Assembly (NCBI GenBank): GCA_965207065.1
Contig: OZ242260.1
Location: 3,072,001-3,136,000 of the forward strand
DNA: 64,000 bases
Source of the DNA: a bacterium
GTDB taxonomy: Bacteria; UBA8248
Direction of reading: 5' to 3'
Every line of letters begins with the position of its first letter. Within the stretch, counting starts at the first letter, position 1. The translations under genes were made by a program, and so were the position numbers. Shown in pieces: positions 10,099 through 20,987 of the stretch. The notes beneath the pieces were generated by a model. That model was not told where the DNA came from, searched no databases, and was given only the letters and a program-made list of their open reading frames with translations.

Positions 10099-10860
10099 TT
10101 GCCACAACTATTTGATTTAAGCGGAAAGAGGGTTTTGGTCACAGGAGGCGGCACTGGCCTCGGGCGCGCGATGGCTCATGCGCTGGCCGAAGCGGGCGCG
10201 GACGTCGCCCTGGCGGCGAGGCGAAAAGAGAAGCTCGAGGAGGCAGCGGAGGAGATTCGCGCCCTGGGCCGCACGGCCCGCGTCGTCGCCTGCGATCTGA
10301 CGGATCCCGACTCGGTCCAAGAGGCGGCGCGAGAGGCGGAAGATGCGCTGGGGTCCATCGACGTTCTGGTGAACAACAGCGGCGTGAGCGGCGAGGGCTG
10401 GGCCACCGACCTGCCGCTCGAGCGCTGGAACCAGGTGCTGGAGACGAACCTGCGGGGCGCGTTCCTGATGTGCCAGGCCGTGGCGCCGGGCATGATAGAG
10501 CGCGGCGGCGGGGCTATCGTGAACGTGGCATCGGTCGCGGGCTTCATCGGCGTGAAGATGCTCTCCGCCTACTCGGCGAGCAAGGGCGGCCTGATCCAGC
10601 TCACCAAGACGCTCGCGCTCGAATGGGCGAAGACGGGCGTGCGCGTGAATGCGCTTGCGCCCGGGTATTTCCTCACCGACATCAACAGCAAGTTCTTCGC
10701 TTCCGATGCGGGGGAGCGGATGATCAAGGCCCACATCCCGATGGGAAGGGTCGGCAAGCCTGAGGAGCTCAAGGGCGCGATCCTCTTCCTGGCGAGCGAC
10801 GCTTCGAGCTTCATGACGGGTTCGTCTTTGGTTATCGACGGCGGGCAGTACGCGCAGTAG
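10099..10860 (+). CDS. Short-chain dehydrogenase/reductase (KduD/gluconate-5-DH-like)
   Basis: TGGGTGLG, NNSG and YSASK motifs; TTG start. Confidence 0.92.
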   Translation: MPQLFDLSGKRVLVTGGGTGLGRAMAHALAEAGADVALAARRKEKLEEAAEEIRALGRTARVVACDLTDPDSVQEAAREAEDALGSIDVLVNNSGVSGEGWATDLPLERWNQVLETNLRGAFLMCQAVAPGMIERGGGAIVNVASVAGFIGVKMLSAYSASKGGLIQLTKTLALEWAKTGVRVNALAPGYFLTDINSKFFASDAGERMIKAHIPMGRVGKPEELKGAILFLASDASSFMTGSSLVIDGGQYAQ

Positions 10861-11234
10861 GGGAGGGGGTTTGGGCCGGAGGCTACGGTGCGTTCGTCCC
10901 GGAAATCGAAAAAAACGAAAGAAGGGACTTGACCTCGGCGCGTGCTTGACCCATAAGATCGGTGTTGCTTTTGTGAGGACTTGCGTTATCTCCGCCCGTT
11001 GAGCCGCGCATCCTCGCGTTTGGTTGAGCGATATGGGGTATTGATTCGATGAGGCATCAGGATCGCAGGAGGTCCTGGGGCGTGTTCAAGACGCCCCGCC
11101 ATCCACTGGCTTCTTAGGAAACCAGCGCGTTCACCCGTCTTGCGCGCAAGCGCCCACTCACTCACGAAAACCCGGCGTTCCGCTCAAGGCGCACATTCAC
11201 GAAAACATGAAAATTCCTAAGGAGCCTTGAACCC

Positions 11235-12869
11235 ATGGCGAGACAAGCCACGGCAATACGAAAGAAACCATCCAGAGGCAGAGCCTCGAACAGAATCCGT
11301 ATTTTCGACACCACGCTCAGGGACGGGGAGCAGTCGCCCGGCTGCAGCATGGATCATTTCCAGAAGGTGCAGATGGCGCTTCAGCTCGAAAAACTGGGTG
11401 TGGACATCATCGAAGCCGGTTTTCCCATCGCGTCGAACGACGAGTTCGAATCGGTGCGCGACGTCGCCAAGGCGATTACGAAGACAAGCGTCGCCGGTCT
11501 CTCGCGCTCCGCGCGCGAGGACATCGACCGCTGCTGGGAGGCGGTGCGCCACGCGAAAAAACCTAGGATCCACACCTTCATCGCCACGTCGGACATTCAC
11601 CTGAAGCACAAGCTCAAGATGACGCGCGCGGCGCTTCTGAAGGAGATAGCCGCCTCGGTGCGCCACGCGCGAAAACTCTGCAAGGACGTGGAGTGGAGCG
11701 CGGAGGACGCCACGCGCTCGGACTGGGATTTCCTGGCCGAGACGGTCAAGATAGCCATCGAGGAGGGGGCGACGACCATCAACCTCCCCGATACGGTGGG
11801 CTACATCATCCCGAGCGAGTTCAAGCGCTTCTGGGAGCATATCTTCGAAAAGGTGCCGAGCTATGACGAAGTGGTCTTCAGCGCGCACTGCCACGACGAC
11901 CTCGGCCTCGCGGTGGCGAACAGCATCGTGGCGATTGAATCCGGCGTGCGGCAGGTGGAGTGCACCATCAACGGCATCGGTGAGCGGGCGGGCAACGCCT
12001 CGCTCGAGGAGTTCGTGATGGCCATCGCCACGCGGCGCGATGAGCTCAACTACAAATCGGGGATCAAGACGCGCGAGATCTACCCCACCAGCAGGCTCCT
12101 GACCTCCATGACGGGCGTTCCCGTACAGCCGAACAAGGCGGTGGTGGGCAAGAACGCCTTCGCGCACGAGGCGGGCATCCACCAGCACGGGGTGATATCG
12201 AAGGCAATCACGTATGAGATCATGACGCCCAAGTCCGTGGGCCGTCCCTCGAACACGCTCGTGCTCGGCAAGCACTCGGGCCGCGCAGGCCTCAGGAAGC
12301 GCTACGACCAGCTCGGCTTCAAGATGTCGCGCGAGGACATCACGGCTATTTACCCGCGCTTCATCGACCTGGCGGACAAGAAAAAAGAGGTTTATGACGA
12401 GGACCTGATTGCGCTCTTGCAGCAAAACCGCGCTGAGGGGGGCGAGAACTACTACAACCTCGAATTCCTGCAGGTCACGTCCTCCACCGGCACGCAACCG
12501 GCCTCCACGGCGACGGTGAAGATCAGGCAGGGCGAGGAGGAGTTCTCCGAGGTGAGCCAGGGCAACGGCCCCGTGGACGCGGCCATCAACGCCATCTGCC
12601 GTGTCGTGGGCATCGAATGCCGCCTGGCGGATTTTTCGGTGAACGCCGTCACCCGTGGGCGCGACGCGCTCGCCGAGGTGAACATGATGGTGGAGTTCGA
12701 GGGCGATCTGCAGATAGCGGGCCACGCCACGAGCCCCGACACCGTCGAGGCGGGCGCCAAAGCCTTCGTGAACGCGGTGAACAAGTTCAAGCTCAGCGAA
12801 GACATGCGTAAACCCGCAGTCAAGGGGCGCAAGGCGAAAGAACCCGGCGAGCGCCCGCGCGGCATTTGA
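11235..12869 (+). CDS. leuA: 2-isopropylmalate synthase
   Basis: FDTTLRDGEQSPG, HCHDDLG, GIGERAGN, HEAGIHQHG and regulatory-domain GNGPVDA. Confidence 0.96.
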   Translation: MARQATAIRKKPSRGRASNRIRIFDTTLRDGEQSPGCSMDHFQKVQMALQLEKLGVDIIEAGFPIASNDEFESVRDVAKAITKTSVAGLSRSAREDIDRCWEAVRHAKKPRIHTFIATSDIHLKHKLKMTRAALLKEIAASVRHARKLCKDVEWSAEDATRSDWDFLAETVKIAIEEGATTINLPDTVGYIIPSEFKRFWEHIFEKVPSYDEVVFSAHCHDDLGLAVANSIVAIESGVRQVECTINGIGERAGNASLEEFVMAIATRRDELNYKSGIKTREIYPTSRLLTSMTGVPVQPNKAVVGKNAFAHEAGIHQHGVISKAITYEIMTPKSVGRPSNTLVLGKHSGRAGLRKRYDQLGFKMSREDITAIYPRFIDLADKKKEVYDEDLIALLQQNRAEGGENYYNLEFLQVTSSTGTQPASTATVKIRQGEEEFSEVSQGNGPVDAAINAICRVVGIECRLADFSVNAVTRGRDALAEVNMMVEFEGDLQIAGHATSPDTVEAGAKAFVNAVNKFKLSEDMRKPAVKGRKAKEPGERPRGI

Positions 12870-12878
12870 CGTAAAATC

Positions 12879-12912
12879 AGGGGCGGCCCTGCTGGGGGTC
12901 GCCCCTTTTTTT
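12879..12912 (+). terminator. Rho-independent terminator of leuA
   Basis: AGGGGCGGCCC / GGGTCGCCCCT stem followed by a T-tract. Confidence 0.85.
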
Positions 12913-13024
12913 CGCGAACAAGCAGCAAGTTTAGTTCGGGGCAATACGAACCGGGCGAACACGCAGGTTCGCCCCTACTGAAGCATACACTCCCTCGTTC
13001 ACCCGTACGCAAGGAGATTCCTCC

Positions 13025-14425
13025 ATGACATATCCGGCCACCAGGGAACTGGCGAAGCGAATCGCGGCGGTTCACGCCTCAGACGTCGGCGAGGCGGCCC
13101 GCGCAGGGGCGCGAAACGCCGTTCTCGACACCTTGGGCGTGATTCTGGCGGGCCGGGACGATGATTGCGCGCGTCTGGCGCACCGGCTGGCTGTCTCGGA
13201 AGGCGGCGCTCCCGTCGCGCGGCTGATCGGCACGGAAGAGCGCACGAGCGCCTCCTGGGCCGCCTTCGTGAACGGGACGGCGGGCCATGCGCTCGACTAT
13301 GACGACGTGGATTTCGTGATGCTGGGCCACCCGAGCGTCACCCTCGTGCCGGCGCTCATCGCGCTGGCGGAAGAGCGGGGCATCGGGGGTGCGAGAGTTC
13401 TCGAGGCCTACACGGTCGGCTTCGAGTTGCTGCATGTCCTGGGACGCGCGGTGAACCCCGGACACTACCGCCGGGGCTTTCACGCCACGGCCACGCTCGG
13501 CTCGGTCGGCGTGGCGGGGGCCTGCGCGTATCTGCTGGGTCTGGACGAGGAGCAGACGCGAAACGCATTGAGCCTGGGGGCGAGTGGCTCGGCGGGGCTG
13601 GTGTCGAACTTCGGCACGATGACCAAGCCATTCCACGCGGGCCAGTCCGCACGGGCGGGCCTCGTGGCGGCGAAGCTGGCCGAGGACGGCTTCACGGCGG
13701 CGGAGGATACGCTGGAGACGGGCTTCACGTCGGCCATGGCGGCGGCGGAAATCGGACCCGCCGCGCATGAGTTCGCGGACTGGGAGAGCGCTGTCGCCCC
13801 CTGGGGGCTTCCCTGGGACATCGAAGAGGGCGTCTGCGTGAAGCTCCACCCCTGCTGCGCCATGACGCATCCGGGCATCGACGCCATGCTCGACCTGGTG
13901 AAAAGCGAGGACATCGCTGTCGCCGACGTGGCGGCCTTGGGCGCGCGCGCATCGACCATGACGCTCAAAGTGCTGCGCTACAAGGAGGCGACCACGGGCC
14001 TGGAAGGGAAATTCTCCATGCCGTTCTGCATCGCCTCCGCCCTCGTGGACCGCAAGGTCGGCATCCGCCAGTTCGAAGAGGACAGCGTGCAGCGGCCCGA
14101 AATCGCCGCCCTGCAGAAGCGCGTGGCGTTCGAACTCGATGAAGACATGGCGCGCGAGGACCCCGAAACCGAGGCGGCCGGGGTCTGGGTGAAACTGAAA
14201 GACGGCCGCGAACTCACCCGCTTTTTCCCCCGCGCGCGCGGCCACATCGAAAACCCGATCACCGATCTCGAACTCCGGGAAAAGTTCCTGGAATGCGCCG
14301 CCGGCCTCACCGAAGAGAAGGCCCAGGCCGCCTGGGACGCCTGGCGGCGGCTGGATGAGGTGGAGGACGTCGCCTCCCTGACATCCATGCTGACGGAACC
14401 TGTGCGGGAACCGAGTCCCGTCTAA
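13025..14425 (+). CDS. MmgE/PrpD-family protein
   Basis: NGTAGHALDYDD, GHPS, GFHAT, TMTKPFHAG and KLHPCC motifs. Confidence 0.92.
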   Translation: MTYPATRELAKRIAAVHASDVGEAARAGARNAVLDTLGVILAGRDDDCARLAHRLAVSEGGAPVARLIGTEERTSASWAAFVNGTAGHALDYDDVDFVMLGHPSVTLVPALIALAEERGIGGARVLEAYTVGFELLHVLGRAVNPGHYRRGFHATATLGSVGVAGACAYLLGLDEEQTRNALSLGASGSAGLVSNFGTMTKPFHAGQSARAGLVAAKLAEDGFTAAEDTLETGFTSAMAAAEIGPAAHEFADWESAVAPWGLPWDIEEGVCVKLHPCCAMTHPGIDAMLDLVKSEDIAVADVAALGARASTMTLKVLRYKEATTGLEGKFSMPFCIASALVDRKVGIRQFEEDSVQRPEIAALQKRVAFELDEDMAREDPETEAAGVWVKLKDGRELTRFFPRARGHIENPITDLELREKFLECAAGLTEEKAQAAWDAWRRLDEVEDVASLTSMLTEPVREPSPV

Positions 14426-14662
14426 GAATACAAGAGGCGAAGGGGCGACCCCTCCCCGGAGTCGTCCCACAGCCGCGACCACTATCCGCAACCGGGATTT
14501 TCCTTGACGAAGAGCAGGGACAGGTCGCGACCCGTCCCTACGGGCGCGTTTTCTCCTCTCGTAAGAGTCTTCATCCTCGTCCGGGTCGAATCCATTGCCG
14601 CCGCCTGGCGCGAGTAATAAAATCATCGCGCCGTGAGAGAACGCACACGTGGGAGACTAATC

Positions 14663-15979
14663 ATGAACCGAAGGGATTTTCTGCTGGCGTTGGCGGCGAC
14701 GGCGCTGACCCCCGCGACAGGGTGGACGGCGCCCTCGGGTTTCCGCCTCAGGGCCGAGCCCGTCACGGTCCGCCTCCTGCCGGACGGGCAAGGCGTGACG
14801 CGCATGCTCGGGTTCAACGGCTCATCTCCCGGTCCCGAGATACGCGCCCGACAAGGCGGCCGGGTCGCCGTCTCCTTCGAGAACGGGATCGACGGCGCCT
14901 CCGCCGTTCACTGGCACGGCATCCACATCGACAACGCGATGGACGGCGTTCCCGGCCTCACCCAGGCGGCGGTAAAGCCGGGCGGCGCGTTCGACTACGT
15001 TTTCGACGCGCCTCACCCCGGCACCTACTGGTACCACTCGCATGAACGTTCCTGGGAGCAGGTGGCGAAGGGACTCTACGGCCCACTGATCGTCGAGGAA
15101 CGCGACCCCCCGCGCGTCGACCACGACATCACGGTGGTGCTCGACGACTGGCGCCTGACGCGCAGCGGCGAGTTGGAGCCGAATTTCGGGAACCGGCACG
15201 ACTTCTCCCATGACGGGCGGCTCGGCAACTTCGCCCGGGCGCTCCTCTCCCGGGAGGCGGTGCGGCGCGGGGACCGGGTTCGCCTGCGGCTGATCAACAC
15301 GGCGACGGCGCGGATTTTCCGGGTGCGGATCGGCGGCGGCGCCGGCATTGTCGTGGCGCATGACGGGATGCCGCTGGCTAAGCCTGAGCCCCTGGGCGAG
15401 CTGGTGCTGGCGCCCGCACAGCGGACCGACGTCATCCTCGACGTCGCCGCGCCGGTCACCTTCGCCATGGCGACGCGGGGCGGAGCATATGAACTCGGCA
15501 AAATAGCGGCGCAAGGCGTCAACCCCGCGCCCATCGACGCTCCTATCGCGCCCCTGCCGACGGTGGACATCCCGCCGCCGGACCGCAGAAAGGCGCGGCG
15601 GCTCACGCTCGCCATGCAGGGCGGCGCGATGAGCGGGATGGGCATGATGGGCATGATGCGCGGCGGGGATTTCTGGGCCTTGAACGGCCACTCCGGCATG
15701 CCAAAGACGCCCTGGCGGCGCTTCGCCCGCGGGGAGACGGCGCTGATCACGATGAAGAACGATACCGCTTTCCCGCACGGCATCCACATCCACGGCCATC
15801 ACTTCTACGAGGTCGGCGAGGACGGCGCGCCCGGCCATTACCGCGACACCACCCTGGTCGATCCGCGCCGGAGCCGGGACGTCCTCTGCGTGTTCGACAA
15901 CCCCGGCAAATGGCTGATCCACTGCCACACCCTGGCCCATCAGGCGTCGGGCATGAAGACATGGGTCGAAGTCGTCTGA
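14663..15979 (+). CDS. Tat-exported multicopper oxidase
   Basis: NRRDFL Tat signal; HWHG, WYHSH, HGIHIHGH and HCHTLAHQASGM Cu ligands; Met-rich insert. Confidence 0.95.
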   Translation: MNRRDFLLALAATALTPATGWTAPSGFRLRAEPVTVRLLPDGQGVTRMLGFNGSSPGPEIRARQGGRVAVSFENGIDGASAVHWHGIHIDNAMDGVPGLTQAAVKPGGAFDYVFDAPHPGTYWYHSHERSWEQVAKGLYGPLIVEERDPPRVDHDITVVLDDWRLTRSGELEPNFGNRHDFSHDGRLGNFARALLSREAVRRGDRVRLRLINTATARIFRVRIGGGAGIVVAHDGMPLAKPEPLGELVLAPAQRTDVILDVAAPVTFAMATRGGAYELGKIAAQGVNPAPIDAPIAPLPTVDIPPPDRRKARRLTLAMQGGAMSGMGMMGMMRGGDFWALNGHSGMPKTPWRRFARGETALITMKNDTAFPHGIHIHGHHFYEVGEDGAPGHYRDTTLVDPRRSRDVLCVFDNPGKWLIHCHTLAHQASGMKTWVEVV

Positions 15980-16405
15980 CGTGCGAATCGCGTTTGCCGC
16001 GCAAGCGCGTCATCCCGCCATGCCGCCGGAATGACGGTGATTTTGCCGCACTGATCGGGATTAACACCAGATTGTCGACACAGACGAAGAGCGGGCGACC
16101 ACGGGGGGTCGCCCCTACAAAACATCAATAAATTGTGATGAAGACGAAGGGGTGCTGAGATCGCCCGAAGAGGAGTTCGGCTGGGCCCGCCCGAATCGGG
16201 AACCGCAAACATACTTTTTCTGTGGATTGCCTCGTCCGTGTGGTTGACCCAATCAGGACTGGCGTGGGAGCCGGACAGGTCGCAACTGTCGGGGTTGACC
16301 CCGCATTCTTGACACCATACCCGCTTGATACCTAGCATGGGGTATACGATTTTATCTCATGCCTGCGGGACGCCCGTCGTGCTCGCCCTAAACGGACAAA
16401 CTGAT

Positions 16406-17191
16406 ATGAATTCTTCTGAACTATTCGACGTAAGCGGACGCTCCGCGCTCATCACAGGCGCATCGGGCGCACTCGGCGCGGTGGCCGCGCGGACCCTGGC
16501 CGGGGCGGGCTGCCGCCTCACGCTGACCGCCGGCACCGCGGACGCGCTCGAAGCCGTCGCGGCCGAGTGCCGCGAACTCGGGGCCGAGGTCGCCACGGTG
16601 AACGCGCGCCCGGAATCAGAAGCCGCGGCCGACGCCATGGTGGAGAAAGCCGTCGAGACCCATGGCCGCCTCGACATTCTGGTGGTGGCGTCGGGCATCA
16701 ACAGGGTGGGGATGATCGAGGAGATGGCGCCCGATGCGTTCGCCGACGTGATGGACGCGAACGTCACGCAGTCCTGGCTATTGGCGCGCGCCGCGACGCG
16801 GCAGATGAAGGCGCAGGGCGAGGGGGGCAAGATAGTCCTCGTTTCCTCGACGCGCGGGATTCTCGGCCACCCGGCGGGCTATACCGCTTATTGCGCGTCG
16901 AAAGCGGCAGTGGACGGCATCACGAAGGCGCTGGCCTGCGAACTGGGGCCGACGGGCATCACCGTCAACGCGGTCGGGCCGACCGTCTTCCGCTCGGTGC
17001 TTACGGACTGGATGTTCACAGACGCGCCAAAGGCGGTGAAGACGCGCGAGAACATCGTGAGCCGGATCCCGAAGGGCAGGCTGGGCGAGCCCGAGGACCT
17101 GGCCGGGCCGCTCCTGTTCCTCGCGTCGCGGGCGTCTGACTTCTACACCGGCCACATCCTCTATGCCGACGGCGGCTACACCGCGGGGTAG
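16406..17191 (+). CDS. Short-chain dehydrogenase/reductase
   Basis: TGASGALG and YCASK motifs; start at ATG 16406. Confidence 0.9.
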   Translation: MNSSELFDVSGRSALITGASGALGAVAARTLAGAGCRLTLTAGTADALEAVAAECRELGAEVATVNARPESEAAADAMVEKAVETHGRLDILVVASGINRVGMIEEMAPDAFADVMDANVTQSWLLARAATRQMKAQGEGGKIVLVSSTRGILGHPAGYTAYCASKAAVDGITKALACELGPTGITVNAVGPTVFRSVLTDWMFTDAPKAVKTRENIVSRIPKGRLGEPEDLAGPLLFLASRASDFYTGHILYADGGYTAG

Positions 17192-17284
17192 GGCTATCCA
17201 GTCGACGGCAGGGATGGCGGCGGCGTTACATTTCGAGTACAAATTCCTGCGTAAACTTTCCTTGGTTCTCTTGGGGCGGGTGTT

Positions 17285-18703
17285 ATGACTGCGTATCTGC
17301 GCGCGGCGGCGAACGTTCTCGTGCATGTTCCCGATCTGGTCCGCTACGGCTCGAAGCCCTGGCGTGAGGCTGTAAGGAAGGAGCAGGCGCCGGGCGACTC
17401 GTTCAACGACCTGCGTTCTTTTGACGAGATAGTCGGCTACCCGCCGAACCAGACGTTCATCGGCAATCTACCGCCCGAAAAGCTGAATGAAACTCCAACT
17501 CCATGGCACGAGAATTCCCCCGCAGGCGCTTCGCCTGAGAGCCAATTCGGGGAAATCCTCCCCCAGGATGCTTTCTACGCCCTATTGGAAGCGGCGGATC
17601 AGTTCGGGTTGATCATGCTCGATGAGGAGCGCCGCCTTCCGGGCGTCATGGGTTCTGAATCCGCCGCCGCGCTTCTCGAAAAAGAAAATCCTCCGAAGGA
17701 TTACAAACAAGAAGACATTATTGAACGCATCGAGCGGGGAGAGGCCCTGCCGCTTTTTCAGGACGGGGACATGATCGGGTGCGTTCGCCGCGATCATGAC
17801 GCCGATGAGTCCCTGGACGCCCGCATTTTGCTGGAGAACCTCGCGGCCAAGGCCAGCGGCGCGTATGCGCTCAGCCGGCTTCTCGTGAGGGAGGGCATCG
17901 CGCCCGAACAGGTGGATTACGTCATCAGTTGTTCGGAAGAGGCGGTGGGAGATCGCTACAACCGCGGCGGGGGCAATCTCGCAAAGGCTATCGCCGAGAT
18001 GGCGGGCTGCGCCAATGCGGCCGGCGTGGACGTGAAGTCTTTCTGCGCGGCGCCGGTCTACGCGCTCGTTCACGCGGCGGCGCTGATTCAGGCGGGCGTC
18101 GTTGAGAACGCCGTCGTCGTGGGAGGCGGTTCGATGGCGAAGCTCGGTATGAAGGCGTATTTCCATCTGGAAAAGGGGATGCCCGTCCTAGAAGACGTAT
18201 TGGGCGGGGTGGCGTTCTTTCTCACGAAAAATTCGGACGACGGCCCACGGGTGAATCTTAAGATCGCCGGACGCCACGCGGCGGGAAAACCCTCCACGCC
18301 GCAAGGACTGGCCGAGGCGCTCGTGCGCGACCCGCTGGCCCGGGCCGGACGCAAGATAAGCAGTGTCGATAAGTACGCCGTCGAACTGCACAATCCGGAA
18401 ATCATGCTGCCCGCGGGGGCGGGAGACGTGGCGGCTGCGAATTACAAGATGCTGGCCGCCCTGGCGGTGATGGGCGGAGAAATCGCACGCGAGGAGATTC
18501 CGGATTTCATCGAGGCGCACGGAATGCCCGGATTCGCGCCCACGCAGGGGCACATTCCCGCAGGGGTTCCCTTTCTCGGACACGCCCTCGAGAGGATGCG
18601 GGCGGGAAGCCTTGCGAGTACAATGATCCTCGCCAAAGGGAGTTTGTTTCTGGGCCGGATGTCCCAGCAGGCCGACGGGGCTTCGGTGCTGATAGAAGCG
18701 TGA
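17285..18703 (+). CDS. grdC: Glycine/sarcosine/betaine reductase component C, beta subunit
   Basis: [60 protein letters not shown] and KGSLFLGRM motifs. Confidence 0.9.
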   Translation: MTAYLRAAANVLVHVPDLVRYGSKPWREAVRKEQAPGDSFNDLRSFDEIVGYPPNQTFIGNLPPEKLNETPTPWHENSPAGASPESQFGEILPQDAFYALLEAADQFGLIMLDEERRLPGVMGSESAAALLEKENPPKDYKQEDIIERIERGEALPLFQDGDMIGCVRRDHDADESLDARILLENLAAKASGAYALSRLLVREGIAPEQVDYVISCSEEAVGDRYNRGGGNLAKAIAEMAGCANAAGVDVKSFCAAPVYALVHAAALIQAGVVENAVVVGGGSMAKLGMKAYFHLEKGMPVLEDVLGGVAFFLTKNSDDGPRVNLKIAGRHAAGKPSTPQGLAEALVRDPLARAGRKISSVDKYAVELHNPEIMLPAGAGDVAAANYKMLAALAVMGGEIAREEIPDFIEAHGMPGFAPTQGHIPAGVPFLGHALERMRAGSLASTMILAKGSLFLGRMSQQADGASVLIEA

Positions 18704-18740
18704 TTCGTTCGTTTTTTTGCAGGCAAGTGGGAGGGGGTTC

Positions 18741-19193
18741 ATGTTCAATGGCAAGAAGGTGATCGCGCTGGGCGAGCGCGACGGCGTTCCCGGTCCGCTG
18801 ATCGCCGAGTGTATTGAGGCGGCGGGTGCGGAGGTCGTGTTCCAGAAGACGGAGTGCTTCGTCTGAACCTCCGCGGGCGCCATGGACCTGGAGAACCAGG
18901 CCGCCATCAAATCGATTGCCGATGAAGTCGGGTCGGAGAACCTGATGGTGGTGTTGGGAATGCCCGGTGAAGGCCTTCGGCTCGCCGTCGAAACGCTGAC
19001 CACCGGGGACCCAAGCTGGGCCGGGCCCCTGGCGGGAGTCTCGTTGGGACTCCCCGTTTTTCATATTCTGGAAGAGAAGGTGCGCGCCCAGGTTCCAGAG
19101 AATCTGTACGCCGATAAGCTCCTCATGATGGAAATGGTGCTCGATCTGGAGCAGATAGAAAGCGACCTGGCCTCTATGCGCGCGGCCGGGTAG
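18741..19193 (+). CDS. grdA: Glycine-reductase selenoprotein A (Sec encoded by TGA 18864-18866)
   Basis: Read-through translation: [18 protein letters not shown]...[17 protein letters not shown]...[21 protein letters not shown]; CxxU motif; RBS GGAGGGGG. Confidence 0.93.
18887..18900 (+). promoter_or_regulatory. Candidate SECIS apical hairpin of grdA
   Basis: CCTGG-AGAA-CCAGG, about 20 nt downstream of the TGA. Confidence 0.55.
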
Positions 19194-19201
19194 GGGAGGC
19201 G

Positions 19202-20488
19202 ATGATGTCCATGCGACTGGAGATGGGGTTATTCCCCGTATCGAAAATCATCATCGGTGCGCGCTTCGAGTACAAAGAAGGTACGCTCACCGTTGACGCG
19301 GACGAGCTCCGTGAACTGGCGCTCGAAGACGGCGGCCTCAAGAACGTGCGCTTTGACGCCGCGGCGCCGGGCGATTCCGTGCGGATCACCAACGTGCTCG
19401 ATGCAGTGGAGCCTCTCTACAAGGTGAGCGGGCGCTCATGCGCATTTCCGGGGTTCCTGGGACCTGCGAAAACGGCCGGCCAGGGCCGCACCCACAAGCT
19501 GGCCGGGATGTGCGTGATCAGCACCACCCATTTCCTGGGGCCCATGACGGGCATCATGAGCTTTCGCGAGGGCATCATCGACATGTCCGGTCCCGGTGCG
19601 ATGCACTGCACGAATTCGGAGACTGCGAACCTCGTCGCCTGCTACGAGCCGCTGGATGGCGCCTCGAACGAAGCGCATGACGACGCCGTGCGCCTGGCGA
19701 CGCTGAAAGTAGCCTCCCGGCTGGCTGCGAACACGGCGGACCTCGAACCCGTGAGCGTCGAGACGTTCGAGATTGGAGATGTGGACCCTGAATTGCCCCG
19801 TGTGGTTTACGTCGATCAGGTCATGCACCAGGCGTCCATGGTCCAGACCTTCATGTACGGCAAGAACCTGGGCGATTCGCTGCCCACCCTCATTCACCCG
19901 AACGAGATGCTCGACGGCGCGGTCGTGGGGGCGAACTACAAGACGCAGCAGAAGGCGCCGACCTACCTCCACTGCAACAAGCCGCTCATATACGAGCTCT
20001 ACCGCCGCCACGGTGTGGACCTCAACTTCGCCGGCATGGTCATCACGCGGGGCCACCACGACAATCAGGCGCTCAAGGAGCGCTCGGCGCAATACGTGGC
20101 CAAGCTGGCCACGCTACTCAAGGCCGACGGCGCGGTGCTCGCCTTCGAGGGCGGCGGCAACTCCACGGTGGACTACTGGCTCACTGTCCAGGCGCTCGAG
20201 CAGATGGGCGTGAGCGCCGTCCCGATCATCTACGAGGTGGGCCGGCCGGGGTCGGGCGAGTTCCCGCTCGTCTTTCACGTGCCCGAGGCCGACGCCATCG
20301 TATCCAAGGGGATGCAGGGGGAGCGCATCGCCGCCCCGGCGGTGGAGCGGGTCATCGGCTCCGAAATCGTCGAATTCTACAACGGCAAGAGACACAACGT
20401 CCGCGAGGCCTTTACCCTGGCCGACAGCGACTACTACGCCAGCGAGTGGGCGAAGGACATCAACAACATGGTGGGCAAGGATTATTGA
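19202..20488 (+). CDS. Glycine/sarcosine/betaine reductase component B proprotein (GrdE/GrdG/GrdI family)
   Basis: PGDSVRITNVLDAVEP, GQGRTHKL, EGIIDMSGPGA, LPTLIHPNEMLDGAVV, ELYRRHG and KERSAQ motifs. Confidence 0.88.
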   Translation: MMSMRLEMGLFPVSKIIIGARFEYKEGTLTVDADELRELALEDGGLKNVRFDAAAPGDSVRITNVLDAVEPLYKVSGRSCAFPGFLGPAKTAGQGRTHKLAGMCVISTTHFLGPMTGIMSFREGIIDMSGPGAMHCTNSETANLVACYEPLDGASNEAHDDAVRLATLKVASRLAANTADLEPVSVETFEIGDVDPELPRVVYVDQVMHQASMVQTFMYGKNLGDSLPTLIHPNEMLDGAVVGANYKTQQKAPTYLHCNKPLIYELYRRHGVDLNFAGMVITRGHHDNQALKERSAQYVAKLATLLKADGAVLAFEGGGNSTVDYWLTVQALEQMGVSAVPIIYEVGRPGSGEFPLVFHVPEADAIVSKGMQGERIAAPAVERVIGSEIVEFYNGKRHNVREAFTLADSDYYASEWAKDINNMVGKDY

Positions 20489-20652
20489 GGTCGGGGGCCT
20501 GTGAAGGAGATATTCGCCCCAAATGGTGTTCGCCATGGGACAGAACATGCCGAAGGCCGAGCGTGAGAAGGTGGAAGTCCAGAAATCGTTGACATAGAAA
20601 CCAAAGATAGTGTAAAAAATACGAAAATAAACAATTCAAGGTCTATATGTTA

Positions 20653-20920
20653 GAAACGACCGACAAGGGTATTTTGCAAGGGTTCATTCAAGATCAAGTT
20701 TAGGGTGGGGACGGGGTGTAAATGAGAGAGCATATTCCAAGACAGAATATGCGCGGATAGTATGAGACCTATAACAAAATGAGCTGCAAAATTTGAGCCG
20801 TTACATGGCAGAATATTCAGGCTGTCAAATTCTTCGGCCTATGGACACCATCGACCAAATGATTCCATGGTTTTGGGAATTAGCAGCAAGAGGCTCCTCT
20901 ACAAAGACTTGATTTCATAA
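20653..20920 (+). pseudogene. Degenerate IS1595-family transposase fragment
   Basis: Broken frames give ETTDKGILQGFIQDQV, G*YETYNKMSCK..LSRYMAEYSG..RPMDTIDQM and MVLGISSKRLLYKDLIS*, resembling the IS1595 C-terminus (GTYHKMSxKHLxRYxxEF..KRLxYxDLI). Confidence 0.7.
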
Positions 20921-20987
20921 TATTATCTGGCCGAAACTAAAGAGGTTAGAGGTTGGTGTAGATTCATATCAGAGAGGACTAAGAAAT

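Noticed and set aside
11217-12962. Long minus-strand ORF (581 aa) and similar shadows (1003-1941, 13079-14626, 54236-55531, 56221-57516)
   Set aside because: Antisense to well-supported genes; expected in GC-rich DNA; no recognisable motifs
16149-16340. GGGGTGCTGAGA resembling the 5' part of a TPP riboswitch
   Set aside because: The conserved ACCTGATC...TAATGC 3' part is missing
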